Below are positions 54,576 through 64,000 of a stretch of 64,000 nucleotides of DNA, piece after piece; position 1 is the first letter of the stretch; the number at the start of each line of letters is the position of its first letter. The position numbers and the translations under genes were made by a program. Below the pieces are notes generated by a model, which saw nothing but the letters and a program-made list of their open reading frames with translations, made no database searches and had not been told where the DNA came from. The DNA lies in NCBI GenBank assembly GCA_965261005.1, contig OZ253375.1:1376001-1440000 (forward strand). Reading direction: 5' to 3'. The stretch comes from Deinococcus sp. (GTDB taxonomy: Bacteria > Deinococcota > Deinococci > Deinococcales > Deinococcaceae).

Positions 54576-56536
54576 GCCGCGCTATGAACGAGCGCGAGCG
54601 GCGGCTGCGCGCGGCGACCGGCAGCGCGCCGAGGACGAAGCGGCGGGCTTGGAGCCGGCCGCACGCCATCGCGCTCACCTTCAGCGTGTTTCTGGCCGCC
54701 TTCGGCTTCAAGCTCTACGATCTCCAGATTCGGCGCTACAACGAGTTCGCCACCCAAAGCGAGACCAACGTTCAGCGCGACGAGATCGTGCGCGCCCTGC
54801 GCGGCGAGATTCGCACCCGCGACGGGGTGTTGCTGGCGACCAACCGCATGGCGGTGGACTTGTTCTACAAGGGTGGCCAGGTGGCCGCTTGGCCGCAGAT
54901 TCGCTACCTCGGCGGCGTCAAGGCCGAGACCCCGCCCGCCGTACCGCCCGGCGGGGAAATCGCCCTCGCGCGCAACCTCCCCCCCGACAGAATCGCCGCC
55001 CTGCACGAGTACACCGTGCTCCAGCCCAACTTGGAACTGCGCGAGCGCTTGGAGCGGGTCTACCCGCAGGGCACCTTCGCGGCCCACCTGCTGGGCTACG
55101 TAGGTGAGGCCAACCAGCAGGAGGTGGAGGGAGGCGGCTACGCGCTGGAGGACCTGACCGGCCGCAGCGGCGTGGAGGCGAGCTTGGAGCACGCCCTGCG
55201 CGGGCGCAACGGCGTGCGCCGGGTGGAGGTGACGGCGGCCGGCCGGTCCATCGCGGCGCGGGTGGTGGATCCCGGCCAAAAGGGCGGAACGGTCACGCTG
55301 ACCATTGACAGCACCCTTCAGCGCGCCGCCGAGCGCGCCCTGCAAGCGGCGCTCGGCAACATCAACAGGGGACGTGCCAAGTACGGCAAGCCGCCCGAGA
55401 CGGTCGTGAAGGGCGCCATCGTCGCCCTCGACCCGCGCACGGGGGAGGTGCTGGCGCTGGCGTCCAGCCCGGTGTACAACCCCAACTGGTTCGCCCAGTC
55501 GCCGCGCCCGCCGGAACTGGTGGCGGCCCTCAAGGGGGAAGGCGGCAACGCGCTGCTCAACCGCGCCATTCAGAATTTCGATTCGGGCAGCGTCTTCAAG
55601 CCGACCTCGACCAACGCGATTCTCGAATACTACGGCGACCCGACCTACACCTGCTCGGTCGGCTTTCTGTTCAGCGGTCGGGTCTGGCACAACTGGGCGC
55701 ACCGGGGCCTGGGCGACGTGGATGGGCGCGGCGCCATCGCCAAGTCGTGCAACACCTGGTACTACCAAGTGGCGGCGAACGTGCCCGACCGGGCGGTCTA
55801 CGCCCAGCACCTCGCCGACCGCGCCGAACAGCTCGGCTTCGGCGCGAAGACCGGGCTGGAGTTGCCGGGGGAAAAGACCGGCAACGTGCCCAGCCCCAAA
55901 AAGTTCGCCGAGCGCAACTTGCCGTGGTGGCCGGGCTTCAGCCTCAACTACGGCATCGGGCAAGGCGACCTGCTGGTCACGCCCGCCCAGATCGCCGCCG
56001 TCTTGTCCACGCTGGAAAACGAGGGCCTCAAGCGGCCCCTGACGCTGGTGCAGGCGACAGGCGGCGAGGCCCAGTTCCCCAAGCCGGCGCAGCAGGTGCC
56101 GGGGAACCCCAAGAACTACCAACTGGTCAAGCAGGGGATGGCCTGGACGGTCTCCACCCACGACGGCACCGCCTCCACCGTGCTGGGCCGGGGCCTTTTC
56201 CCGGTGCTCACCGCCGGCAAGACCGGCACCGCCCAAAACGCCGAGAGCCGCCGCCAAGACAGCAACGCCTACACCAACTCGTGGTACGAAGGGTACGGTC
56301 CGCTGTCAGATCCGAACTTTCTGGTGGTCTCCTTTTTCGAGAACGGCGGCGAGGGCTACGACGTGGGTTTGCCCGCCGCCACCGAGATGTTCGCGGCCAG
56401 GTGGTGTCTGAAGCTGGATGGCCGCTTGCGGGTGCTGCCGAACCAGACCCCCTGCACCGGGGAGTTGGGGCCGGAGGTGCGCGCCAAGATGAAGCGGGTG
56501 TTCTTTTCCAAAGGGCCGGAGACGGCCAGCCGGTAG
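54572..56536 (+). CDS. mrdA: class B penicillin-binding protein 2
   Basis: RGEI..RDG, R.YP, SVFK, SCN, KTGT. Confidence 0.9.
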   Translation: MSRAMNERERRLRAATGSAPRTKRRAWSRPHAIALTFSVFLAAFGFKLYDLQIRRYNEFATQSETNVQRDEIVRALRGEIRTRDGVLLATNRMAVDLFYKGGQVAAWPQIRYLGGVKAETPPAVPPGGEIALARNLPPDRIAALHEYTVLQPNLELRERLERVYPQGTFAAHLLGYVGEANQQEVEGGGYALEDLTGRSGVEASLEHALRGRNGVRRVEVTAAGRSIAARVVDPGQKGGTVTLTIDSTLQRAAERALQAALGNINRGRAKYGKPPETVVKGAIVALDPRTGEVLALASSPVYNPNWFAQSPRPPELVAALKGEGGNALLNRAIQNFDSGSVFKPTSTNAILEYYGDPTYTCSVGFLFSGRVWHNWAHRGLGDVDGRGAIAKSCNTWYYQVAANVPDRAVYAQHLADRAEQLGFGAKTGLELPGEKTGNVPSPKKFAERNLPWWPGFSLNYGIGQGDLLVTPAQIAAVLSTLENEGLKRPLTLVQATGGEAQFPKPAQQVPGNPKNYQLVKQGMAWTVSTHDGTASTVLGRGLFPVLTAGKTGTAQNAESRRQDSNAYTNSWYEGYGPLSDPNFLVVSFFENGGEGYDVGLPAATEMFAARWCLKLDGRLRVLPNQTPCTGELGPEVRAKMKRVFFSKGPETASR

Positions 56537-57904
56537 CTACTCCGCGCCCAGGCCAGATCGCCGCGCCGCCCCCGCCTCCAGCCAAGCCTTGTCCTCGACC
56601 CGGCGCAAGGCGGGGTTGAACAGCTGCAAGGCCAGAAAGATGGCCAGCGCGGCGCCCAGCCACAGGATCACGCGGGCGGGATCGAAAAAGCCGCCGGCGA
56701 TCCCGGCCAAAACGGTCGCCACCGGCCCGGTGAACTGCGCGATCAGGCGCCGCACGCTGAAGACCCGCCCCTGAAGGGCCGGCTCCACCTGGGTTTGCCA
56801 GATGGTCTGGGAATGGACGTTGGCGAAGGGACCCGTCGCGGCCCCCAGGGCGCCCAGGGCCGCGCTCAGGTAGAGGTTGTGCGACAGGCCGAAGCCGATC
56901 ATGGCGAGGCCCTCCAGCCCCAGGGGAATCAGGACGCCCAGCACCCGCCGCCGCTTGAGGCCGCCCCAGGCGCTCACGAACACACCGCCCAACACCCCGC
57001 CCAGGCCGATCACGGTCGCCAGCAGGGCCAGGGCCGAGGCGAAGGTGAGGCCACGCGCTTCCCAATCGGCGGCCAAGGTGAACTTGACGATCAGGGGTTC
57101 CAGGACGCCGAGGGGCGTGATGGCGAAGTTGGCGACCGCGAAGGTGCCCAGCAGCCACAGCAAGGGGCGCCGCGCCCAGATGTAGCGGAAGCCGAAGGCC
57201 ACGTCGCTCAGCAGCTTGCCCTGCGCCGCCCGGTCGCGCGGGGGCGTGGGGATGAAGAGCCGGGTGAGCACCGTTCCGGCGATCAAAAACGTGGTGGCGT
57301 CCAGTAGAAAGACCAGGGACGTGCCGCTTTCCAGCCAGGCGGGCACGCTCAGGTCGCCTTTGGCGGCGAGGGCGGGCAGGGCAATCAAGCTGGCGGCCAA
57401 GCCCGGCGCGATCAGGCCCGCCACGCTCCAAAGGGTCTGCATCAGGCCGTTGGCGCGCGGCAACCTCTCGGGCGGCACCAGCACGGCGTAGCTGGTGTCA
57501 AAGGCCGAGCCGTGAAAGGCCCCGAACACCGACCCCAGCGCCAGCAGAACGATCAGGAGCGGCAAAGACAGCACGCCCAGGGCGGCGCAGACGGCCAGCG
57601 TGAGCGACGTCAGCGCGCTGCCGAGGTCGCAGGCCAGCATAATGCGCCGCCGGTCGTGACGGTCGGCCCAGGCGCCCGCGATGGGGGCGCCGAAGACGGC
57701 CGGCAAGGCGAAGGCGAGGCTGACCAGCGCGAGGGCCAGGGCCAATTGCGGCTTTTGCTCGGGCGCGGGGTAGAGCGTCCGCGCCAGGTAGATGTTGACC
57801 ACAAAGTACGTGAGCGCGCTGCCGATCACCGAGACCGACTGGCTCGCCCACAGAACCAAAAAGGTGCGCCAGCCGCCTTGGGGCGGAACGACAGAAGCGG
57901 TCAT
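56537..57904 (-). CDS. MFS transporter (MefA/H+ antiporter-like)
   Basis: GAWADRHDRRR, LQGRVFS; about 12 TM. Confidence 0.9.
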   Translation of the reverse strand: MTASVVPPQGGWRTFLVLWASQSVSVIGSALTYFVVNIYLARTLYPAPEQKPQLALALALVSLAFALPAVFGAPIAGAWADRHDRRRIMLACDLGSALTSLTLAVCAALGVLSLPLLIVLLALGSVFGAFHGSAFDTSYAVLVPPERLPRANGLMQTLWSVAGLIAPGLAASLIALPALAAKGDLSVPAWLESGTSLVFLLDATTFLIAGTVLTRLFIPTPPRDRAAQGKLLSDVAFGFRYIWARRPLLWLLGTFAVANFAITPLGVLEPLIVKFTLAADWEARGLTFASALALLATVIGLGGVLGGVFVSAWGGLKRRRVLGVLIPLGLEGLAMIGFGLSHNLYLSAALGALGAATGPFANVHSQTIWQTQVEPALQGRVFSVRRLIAQFTGPVATVLAGIAGGFFDPARVILWLGAALAIFLALQLFNPALRRVEDKAWLEAGAARRSGLGAE

Positions 57905-57960
57905 GAGGCCAGCATAAACGGCGGCCGGTTCGGCGCCCTAAGCAAAATGGCTTGCCCCGG

Positions 57961-58494
57961 CTACGCCCCGCGCGCCAGCTTTTTGCGCTCGGCCACCGCC
58001 AGCTGGTCCACCCGCTCGTTCTCGCCGTGTCCGGCGTGGCCGCGCACCCACACGAAGGTGAGGCTGTGCCGCCCCGCCTCTAGAATCAGGGCCTCCCACA
58101 AGTCCTGGTTCTTCACCGGCGCCTTGCTCGCCGTTTTCCAGCCGTTGCGCTGCCAGTTCAGAATCCAGCGGTCGGTGAAAGCTTTTCGCAGGTATTGGCT
58201 GTCGGTCACCACCCGCACATTGCAGGGCCGTTTGAGGGCGCGCAAACCGGAGAAGAGCGCCAGGAGTTCCATGCGGTTGTTGGTGGTCTCACGCTCGCCG
58301 CCCGACAGCACCAGTTCCCGCTCCCCAAACTTCAGAATGGTCGCCCAGCCGCCCAGCCCCTTTGTGGTGTCACAAGCCCCGTCGCAAAAGAGGTCCACGC
58401 TTTCCCCGGTGACGGGCTGCGGGGGTTGAATGCAGGCCGGCAGCGGCAGCAGGTCGCGCGCGCCGGAGGGTTTGGGGCGGAAGGGACGGGACAT
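57961..58494 (-). CDS. rnhA: ribonuclease HI
   Basis: DGAC, TTNNRMEL, TDSQY, WVRGHAG..NERVD. Confidence 0.95.
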   Translation of the reverse strand: MSRPFRPKPSGARDLLPLPACIQPPQPVTGESVDLFCDGACDTTKGLGGWATILKFGERELVLSGGERETTNNRMELLALFSGLRALKRPCNVRVVTDSQYLRKAFTDRWILNWQRNGWKTASKAPVKNQDLWEALILEAGRHSLTFVWVRGHAGHGENERVDQLAVAERKKLARGA

Positions 58495-58513
58495 AAGGGG
58501 CTACCCTAACACG

Positions 58514-59584
58514 CTACAGGGCCGGAAAGTAGTACACCGCGAAGCCCAGAATGGCGTACACGCCCAACAGCAGGGCGCCCTCCAGCCAATTGGTCTCGCC
58601 ATCGTTCGCCACCGAGTTGGCGATCAACACGCCCGCGCCCACCGCCACCAACTCCAGCGGCGTGACGACCAAGTCCATCGGCTTCCCCATGAACAGCGAG
58701 GCCAGCACCAACACGGGCGCCACCAAGAGGGCGACCTGCACCGTCGAGCCGAGCGCGATGGTGACGGCGAGGTCCATCTTGTTGCGAATGGCGAACAGCA
58801 CGGCGGCGGCGTGCTCGGCCGCGTTGCCGATAATCGGAATCAGGATCAGGCCCACGAAGAACTCGCTGAGGCCCAGCGCGGCGGTCGCCTCCTCCAGGCT
58901 GCCGACCAGGTACTCGGACAGAAAGGCCACCAGCACCGTCGCCCCCAGCAGGACGCCCACCGCCAGCGCCGCCGGCCAGACCTTGCCGTGAACCTCGTCC
59001 GCGTCGCCGGCGGCGGACAGCAGGTCCCGGTGGGTGAACAGCGAAAAGACGATGTTGAGGACGTACAGAACGATCAGGATGACAGCGGTCGCGTCCGAGA
59101 GGCTGATGTCGAGGGCCGCCGCCCGCTCGGCCGTCTCCGCGCCGCGCGCCACCGCGTCGAAGATGGTCGGGATCAGCAGCCCGATCACGCTGAGGGTCAG
59201 CATCGAGGTGATGGTGCCCGCCGAGCGCGGATTGAAGGTCTGCGTCTTGTAACGCAGCCCGCCCAGCAGCACCGCGAGGCCCAGCACCAGCAGCAAGTTC
59301 CCCAGAATCGAACCCACGATGCTCGCCTTCACCACCTCAATCTTGCCCGCGCTCAAGGCAAAAAAGGCGATGATCAGCTCGGTCGCGTTGCCGAAGGTCG
59401 CGTTGAGCAGGCCGCCGATGGCGCTGCTGGTCCGGGCGGCCAGCTCCTCGGTCGCGCGGCCCATCCAGCCCGCCAGCGGCACGATGCCCAGGGCCGACGT
59501 GACAAAGACCCAGGTGCCGGAGGCGCCCGTCAGCTCCAGCACGAAGGCGACCGGCACGAACAGGAGCATCAGGTTGAGCCACAT
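58514..59584 (-). CDS. Ca2+/H+ antiporter (CAX)
   Basis: GNATE and GNAAEH alpha-repeat motifs. Confidence 0.93.
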   Translation of the reverse strand: MWLNLMLLFVPVAFVLELTGASGTWVFVTSALGIVPLAGWMGRATEELAARTSSAIGGLLNATFGNATELIIAFFALSAGKIEVVKASIVGSILGNLLLVLGLAVLLGGLRYKTQTFNPRSAGTITSMLTLSVIGLLIPTIFDAVARGAETAERAAALDISLSDATAVILIVLYVLNIVFSLFTHRDLLSAAGDADEVHGKVWPAALAVGVLLGATVLVAFLSEYLVGSLEEATAALGLSEFFVGLILIPIIGNAAEHAAAVLFAIRNKMDLAVTIALGSTVQVALLVAPVLVLASLFMGKPMDLVVTPLELVAVGAGVLIANSVANDGETNWLEGALLLGVYAILGFAVYYFPAL

Positions 59585-59620
59585 GGCGGCAAGTGTAGCA
59601 GGGGGATTGGGATTCTCTTC

Positions 59621-60045
59621 GAGCTTCCGGGCGGTCCCCCACCCCCCAACCCCCCTACCCCCAAAGGGGGCAGGGGGGCTTTTCGCTGCGCTCGGCATGG
59701 CACGTTGGGCCGCGCGGGTGAGCCGGCGGCGTCCGACTTGGTCCGTGCGAGGGAGAGTGCCGGCTTAACTTCTTTGCCGCGATCACGGCCCGTGGAGGGC
59801 GCTTTTGGGCGCCCGTGGGACGGGTAGAAAAAGCGAACAAGCCTCTATCTTTTCTCCCCGCTCCCCCGTTACCGGCTCACCGCCTTTGCACCAAGAAGTT
59901 TTCGTGTGGGCGGCAGTGACCCGGTAACGAATCCAGCGATTCACAGCGGCCCACCGCTCCAGCCGACGGACGTGCCGAGCGCAGCGGAAAGCCCCCTGCC
60001 CCCTTTGGGGGTAGGGGGTTGGGGGTGGGGGCCACCCGGAAGCTC
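59621..60045. mobile_element. long-IR non-coding element (family C), 425 bp
   Basis: Same terminal IRs and internal blocks as 37314-37792. Confidence 0.85.
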
Positions 60046-60073
60046 AACCGCAACCAACCAACAAACACCGCAA

Positions 60074-60979
60074 TTACAGCTCGCGCGCCCACGTCACCCA
60101 CATCGGGCTGACCGCGTAGCCGAGCTTCTGATTCACGCGCAGCATGGGCAAGTTCATCACCGTGCCGCCGGTGCCGGCCTCCAGATAACCCTCCCCTTTC
60201 GCCCAGGCCAGCGCGCGGGCCTTGAGCAGGGTGGCGAGGCCGCGCCCACGGTGGGGGGCGGCGACGGCGGTGTGGCCGGACTCGACCTCCCCTTTCCGCG
60301 CGCTCAGGGCCGTGTAGCCGGCCAGCTCCCCCTTGCGAAGGGCGGCGAAGACTCGCCCGCCCAGCACGTCCTCCCGGAACTGTGCGTAGGAACTGGCAAC
60401 GTGCGTGGTGGTGGGGTTGTACGGCGTGTCCGCGCGCACGGCCAGGAAAAGGGCGTAGAGGGCGTGTCCCAGCGGCCCGTCCTGGCGGCCCGTCACGTCC
60501 TCGACCTCGAAGCCGTCCAGAAAGAGGCGTTCTTCCAGGGCTTGGTACGGGGTGAAGTCGAAGACGGAGAGGTCGAGGTGCGCGCCCCACGACTGCCACC
60601 TGTTCTGAAAGCCGGCCGCCGACAGAAAGGGCATGTCGGCCAAGTCCTCGCGGGTGACGCTTTGCAGGCTCCTTTGGCGGTACGGGGCGACGCGGGCCAG
60701 CAAGTCGGCGTAGAGGGGCAGGTACGCGGCGGGGACGCCGGACAGCTGAAAGCGCAGCGTGCCGGGCAGACCGTCCACCGGGGCGAAGCTGAGGCCGGCG
60801 GCAATCTCGCCCTCTTCTTCTGCACTCAGGCGACCGGCCAAGGGGCCGTATTGGGCGCGCTGGGCTGAGTCTACGCGCTCTAGCCCCTCGGCGGTGTAAG
60901 CCCAGTGGTGCAGGTAGTGGGCGCTTTGGAGTTCGGCGAGTTTGGGATAATCGGCGTCTGTGGCTGCTCGGATGATCAA
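60074..60979 (-). CDS. GNAT family N-acetyltransferase (two-domain)
   Basis: TAV...HRGRGLA.LLK, N.PML.VNQKLGY. Confidence 0.85.
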   Translation of the reverse strand: MIIRAATDADYPKLAELQSAHYLHHWAYTAEGLERVDSAQRAQYGPLAGRLSAEEEGEIAAGLSFAPVDGLPGTLRFQLSGVPAAYLPLYADLLARVAPYRQRSLQSVTREDLADMPFLSAAGFQNRWQSWGAHLDLSVFDFTPYQALEERLFLDGFEVEDVTGRQDGPLGHALYALFLAVRADTPYNPTTTHVASSYAQFREDVLGGRVFAALRKGELAGYTALSARKGEVESGHTAVAAPHRGRGLATLLKARALAWAKGEGYLEAGTGGTVMNLPMLRVNQKLGYAVSPMWVTWAREL

Positions 60980-61050
60980 GGGGATACTCCTGAGATGAAT
61001 TGGGCGTGGCCGCGCTCAATCCCAGGGTGGCAGACGCGCCGGAAAGCCAC

Positions 61051-61083
61051 AAAAAAAGCGGGTACGCCAAATGACGTACCCGC
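61051..61083 (-). terminator. intrinsic terminator
   Basis: GCGGGTACG/CGTACCCGC stem with minus-strand T7. Confidence 0.8.
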
Positions 61084-61096
61084 CCCCGCCCGACTG

Positions 61097-61543
61097 CTAT
61101 CTGTTGGTGTCGCCTTCCGGCCACACGTCTCGCTGGGCCGCCGCGTTGTCGGCGTAGTCGCCGGCGTCGGGGGCCGCTTCGAGTTCCACCGGCGGGCGGG
61201 CGCGCGACAGGCGCTCCTCGAAGCGGTCCATGGCGGCGTTCAAGTCGTCGCCGGCCGAACCGTCCGGGTCGCTCGGCGCCGCTTGGCCGTCCGGGTAGAC
61301 CCGTTCCCGGTAGTCGCACAGCGCCCGCGCCAGCAGGTAGGTCTCGCGGTTCATGTCGAGGTCGTCCTCGGATCCGGTCAGGCCCTTCAGGTTGGCCGGC
61401 GCCGCCACCGGGCGCGCGATGGTGCCGATCACCTGCCGGACCCAGCCGGTCAGCTCGGGGCGCAAGTCGGGAAACAGGGTCAGGGCGGAATCCAGCAGGT
61501 TCAGCGCCTTGTTTTCGGGGTGAAGCGTCATAAACGAGGTCAT
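61097..61543 (-). CDS. hypothetical protein
   Basis: High-GC3 codon usage, TAGCAT 5 nt before ATG, followed by terminator. Confidence 0.7.
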   Translation of the reverse strand: MTSFMTLHPENKALNLLDSALTLFPDLRPELTGWVRQVIGTIARPVAAPANLKGLTGSEDDLDMNRETYLLARALCDYRERVYPDGQAAPSDPDGSAGDDLNAAMDRFEERLSRARPPVELEAAPDAGDYADNAAAQRDVWPEGDTNR

Positions 61544-61731
61544 GCCCCATGCTAAGAGGACCGTCCCGCGGGCGCCCCTACGTGAACGCTTGCTGAATAT
61601 AAAAAAGCGATTATTCACGAAGTCACATTCACTCATACTGTTTATAGCGTAATCTGAGGTCGCTGAACCGGGAGCGCCGTGGGTGTGCTCATCAAGCGAG
61701 GTTCGGACGGAGCCAAAACAGAAGCCTTGAA

Positions 61732-61767
61732 AGGGAGAGCTGGACCCGCGCGGGTCCAGCTCTCCCT
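61732..61767. other. perfect 36-bp palindrome
   Basis: AGGGAGAGCTGGACCCGC|GCGGGTCCAGCTCTCCCT. Confidence 0.9.
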
Positions 61768-61821
61768 CACATCTGAAGCGGGCCTACAAGTCGCTCGGCC
61801 CTTCGCGTTCAGAATGCGGCG

Positions 61822-63021
61822 GTGAGCGCTTTGAGCGTCTGTATCGTCGGCGGGGGGCCGGCCGGCATGGTGCTGGCGCTGCTCCTCGGGCGCGCCGGCG
61901 TCCCGGTCACCTTGCTGGAGGCGGCGCGCGACTTCGACCGCTCGTTTCGCGGCGACACGCTGCACCCCGCGACGCTGGAACTGATGGCGCGCCTGGGCCT
62001 GGCCGAGCGGCTGCTGGAACTGGAGCACACCAGGGCGCGGCGGGCGCGCTTCATCTCGCCCACGCACACCCAGACGGTGGCCGACTTTGGCTGCCTCAAC
62101 ACGCCCTTTCCCTTCCTGGCCGTGATGAAGCAGGCGTACTTTCTGGAGTTTTTATACGCCGAGCTGCGTCTCCTGCCGAACGTCCGTTTGGAGCTGGGCG
62201 CGCGGGTCGAGGGGTTGGTTAAAGACGGGGGCGAGGTGGAAGGCGTGCGCTACCGGCAAGGGGGTCAGCCGCGCGAGCTGCGCGCGGCCCTGACGGTCGG
62301 CGCCGACGGGCGCCACTCCAAGGTGCGCGCCCTCTCGGACCTGCCGCTGCGCCGCCTGTCGCCGGGGCAAGACGTGCTGTGGTTCGCCTTGCCGCGCCGC
62401 GCGGGGGACCCCGGCGGCTCAGTGGACCTCTACCTGGGCGGGCCGCACTGCCTGGTCACCACCGACCACGGCGAGCGCTGGCAGGTGGGCTACAGCATCG
62501 CCAAGGGCAGCTACCAAGCGGCGCGGGCACGGGGCGTGGGGGCGGTGCGGCGGGCGGTGCGCGACACCATTCCCTGGCTGGCGGACCGCGCGGACCTCTT
62601 GAGCGATTGGCGGCAGCTGCACCTGCTGTCGGTGGAGGTCGCGCGCCTGGACCGGTGGTACAAGCCGGGCCTGCTCCTGATCGGGGACGCGGCCCATCCC
62701 ATCTCCCCCATCGGCGGCCTCGGCATCAACATGGCGATTCAGGACGCGGTGGCGGCGGCCAATGGGTTGACCCGGCCGCTCTTGTCGGGCGCGCTGCGGG
62801 AGCGCGACCTCGCCCGCGTGCAGCGGGGCCGCGCGTGGCAGATCGCGCTGCTTCAGGCCCAGCAGGTGGTCGAGGAGCGCGAGGTGGTGGGCCTTCACGG
62901 CGGCGCCACGTTGCACGTTCCCTTGCTGGCGCTGCGGCTGCTGCTGGGGGTGCCGGGCCTGCGCCGCCTGCCGGGGTACGTCACGGCCTACGGGCTGTGG
63001 CCGGTGCGGCTGCGGACGTAG
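61822..63021 (+). CDS. FAD-dependent monooxygenase/oxidoreductase
   Basis: GGGPAG, GADGRHS, GDAAH..P.GG.G.N.AIQDA. Confidence 0.92.
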   Translation: MSALSVCIVGGGPAGMVLALLLGRAGVPVTLLEAARDFDRSFRGDTLHPATLELMARLGLAERLLELEHTRARRARFISPTHTQTVADFGCLNTPFPFLAVMKQAYFLEFLYAELRLLPNVRLELGARVEGLVKDGGEVEGVRYRQGGQPRELRAALTVGADGRHSKVRALSDLPLRRLSPGQDVLWFALPRRAGDPGGSVDLYLGGPHCLVTTDHGERWQVGYSIAKGSYQAARARGVGAVRRAVRDTIPWLADRADLLSDWRQLHLLSVEVARLDRWYKPGLLLIGDAAHPISPIGGLGINMAIQDAVAAANGLTRPLLSGALRERDLARVQRGRAWQIALLQAQQVVEEREVVGLHGGATLHVPLLALRLLLGVPGLRRLPGYVTAYGLWPVRLRT

Positions 63022-63049
63022 GGCGCGCCTTTGCCTGTATCTTGCCTGT

Positions 63050-64000
<951 letters not shown>

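Noticed and set aside
61653..61730. c-di-AMP (ydaO) riboswitch suggested by CGCTGAA
   Set aside because: The remaining conserved segments are absent

Overview
High-GC chromosomal window, most likely from a Deinococcus-Thermus (Deinococcales-type) bacterium. Support: many leaderless genes, a GlnRS, a CC-adding-type nucleotidyltransferase, SRE/SNR-like repeats and an RDRM-like palindrome. Housekeeping content: two polar amino-acid ABC loci, an MsmX-like ATPase, murJ, sppA, metG, GH13, beta-oxidation genes, citrate synthase, rpiA, bcp, deoC-maf-mreC-mreD-mrdA, rnhA, partial glnS, tRNA-Ser(CGA) and tRNA-Ala(TGC). The most unusual feature is an 11-gene cbb3-like heme-copper oxidase cluster (6052-13361). 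Its catalytic subunit carries H-A-M instead of the normally invariant helix-X H-x-H heme-ligand motif, and it has non-canonical partners (degenerate Cu/Zn-SOD-fold lipoprotein, diheme cytochrome c, PQQ-type beta-propeller, His-motif membrane protein). Other accessory items: a TIR-domain gene missed by the ORF track with an intact IS4-family element just upstream; an Abi_2/AbiF HEPN gene preceded by its own promoter and a structured, terminator-like leader RNA; a vapBC pair with a visible operator; a candidate leader-peptide attenuator before metG; an RDRM-like box before a kumamolisin gene; and three families of non-coding repeats. All calls come from motif recognition by eye; no database searches were run.
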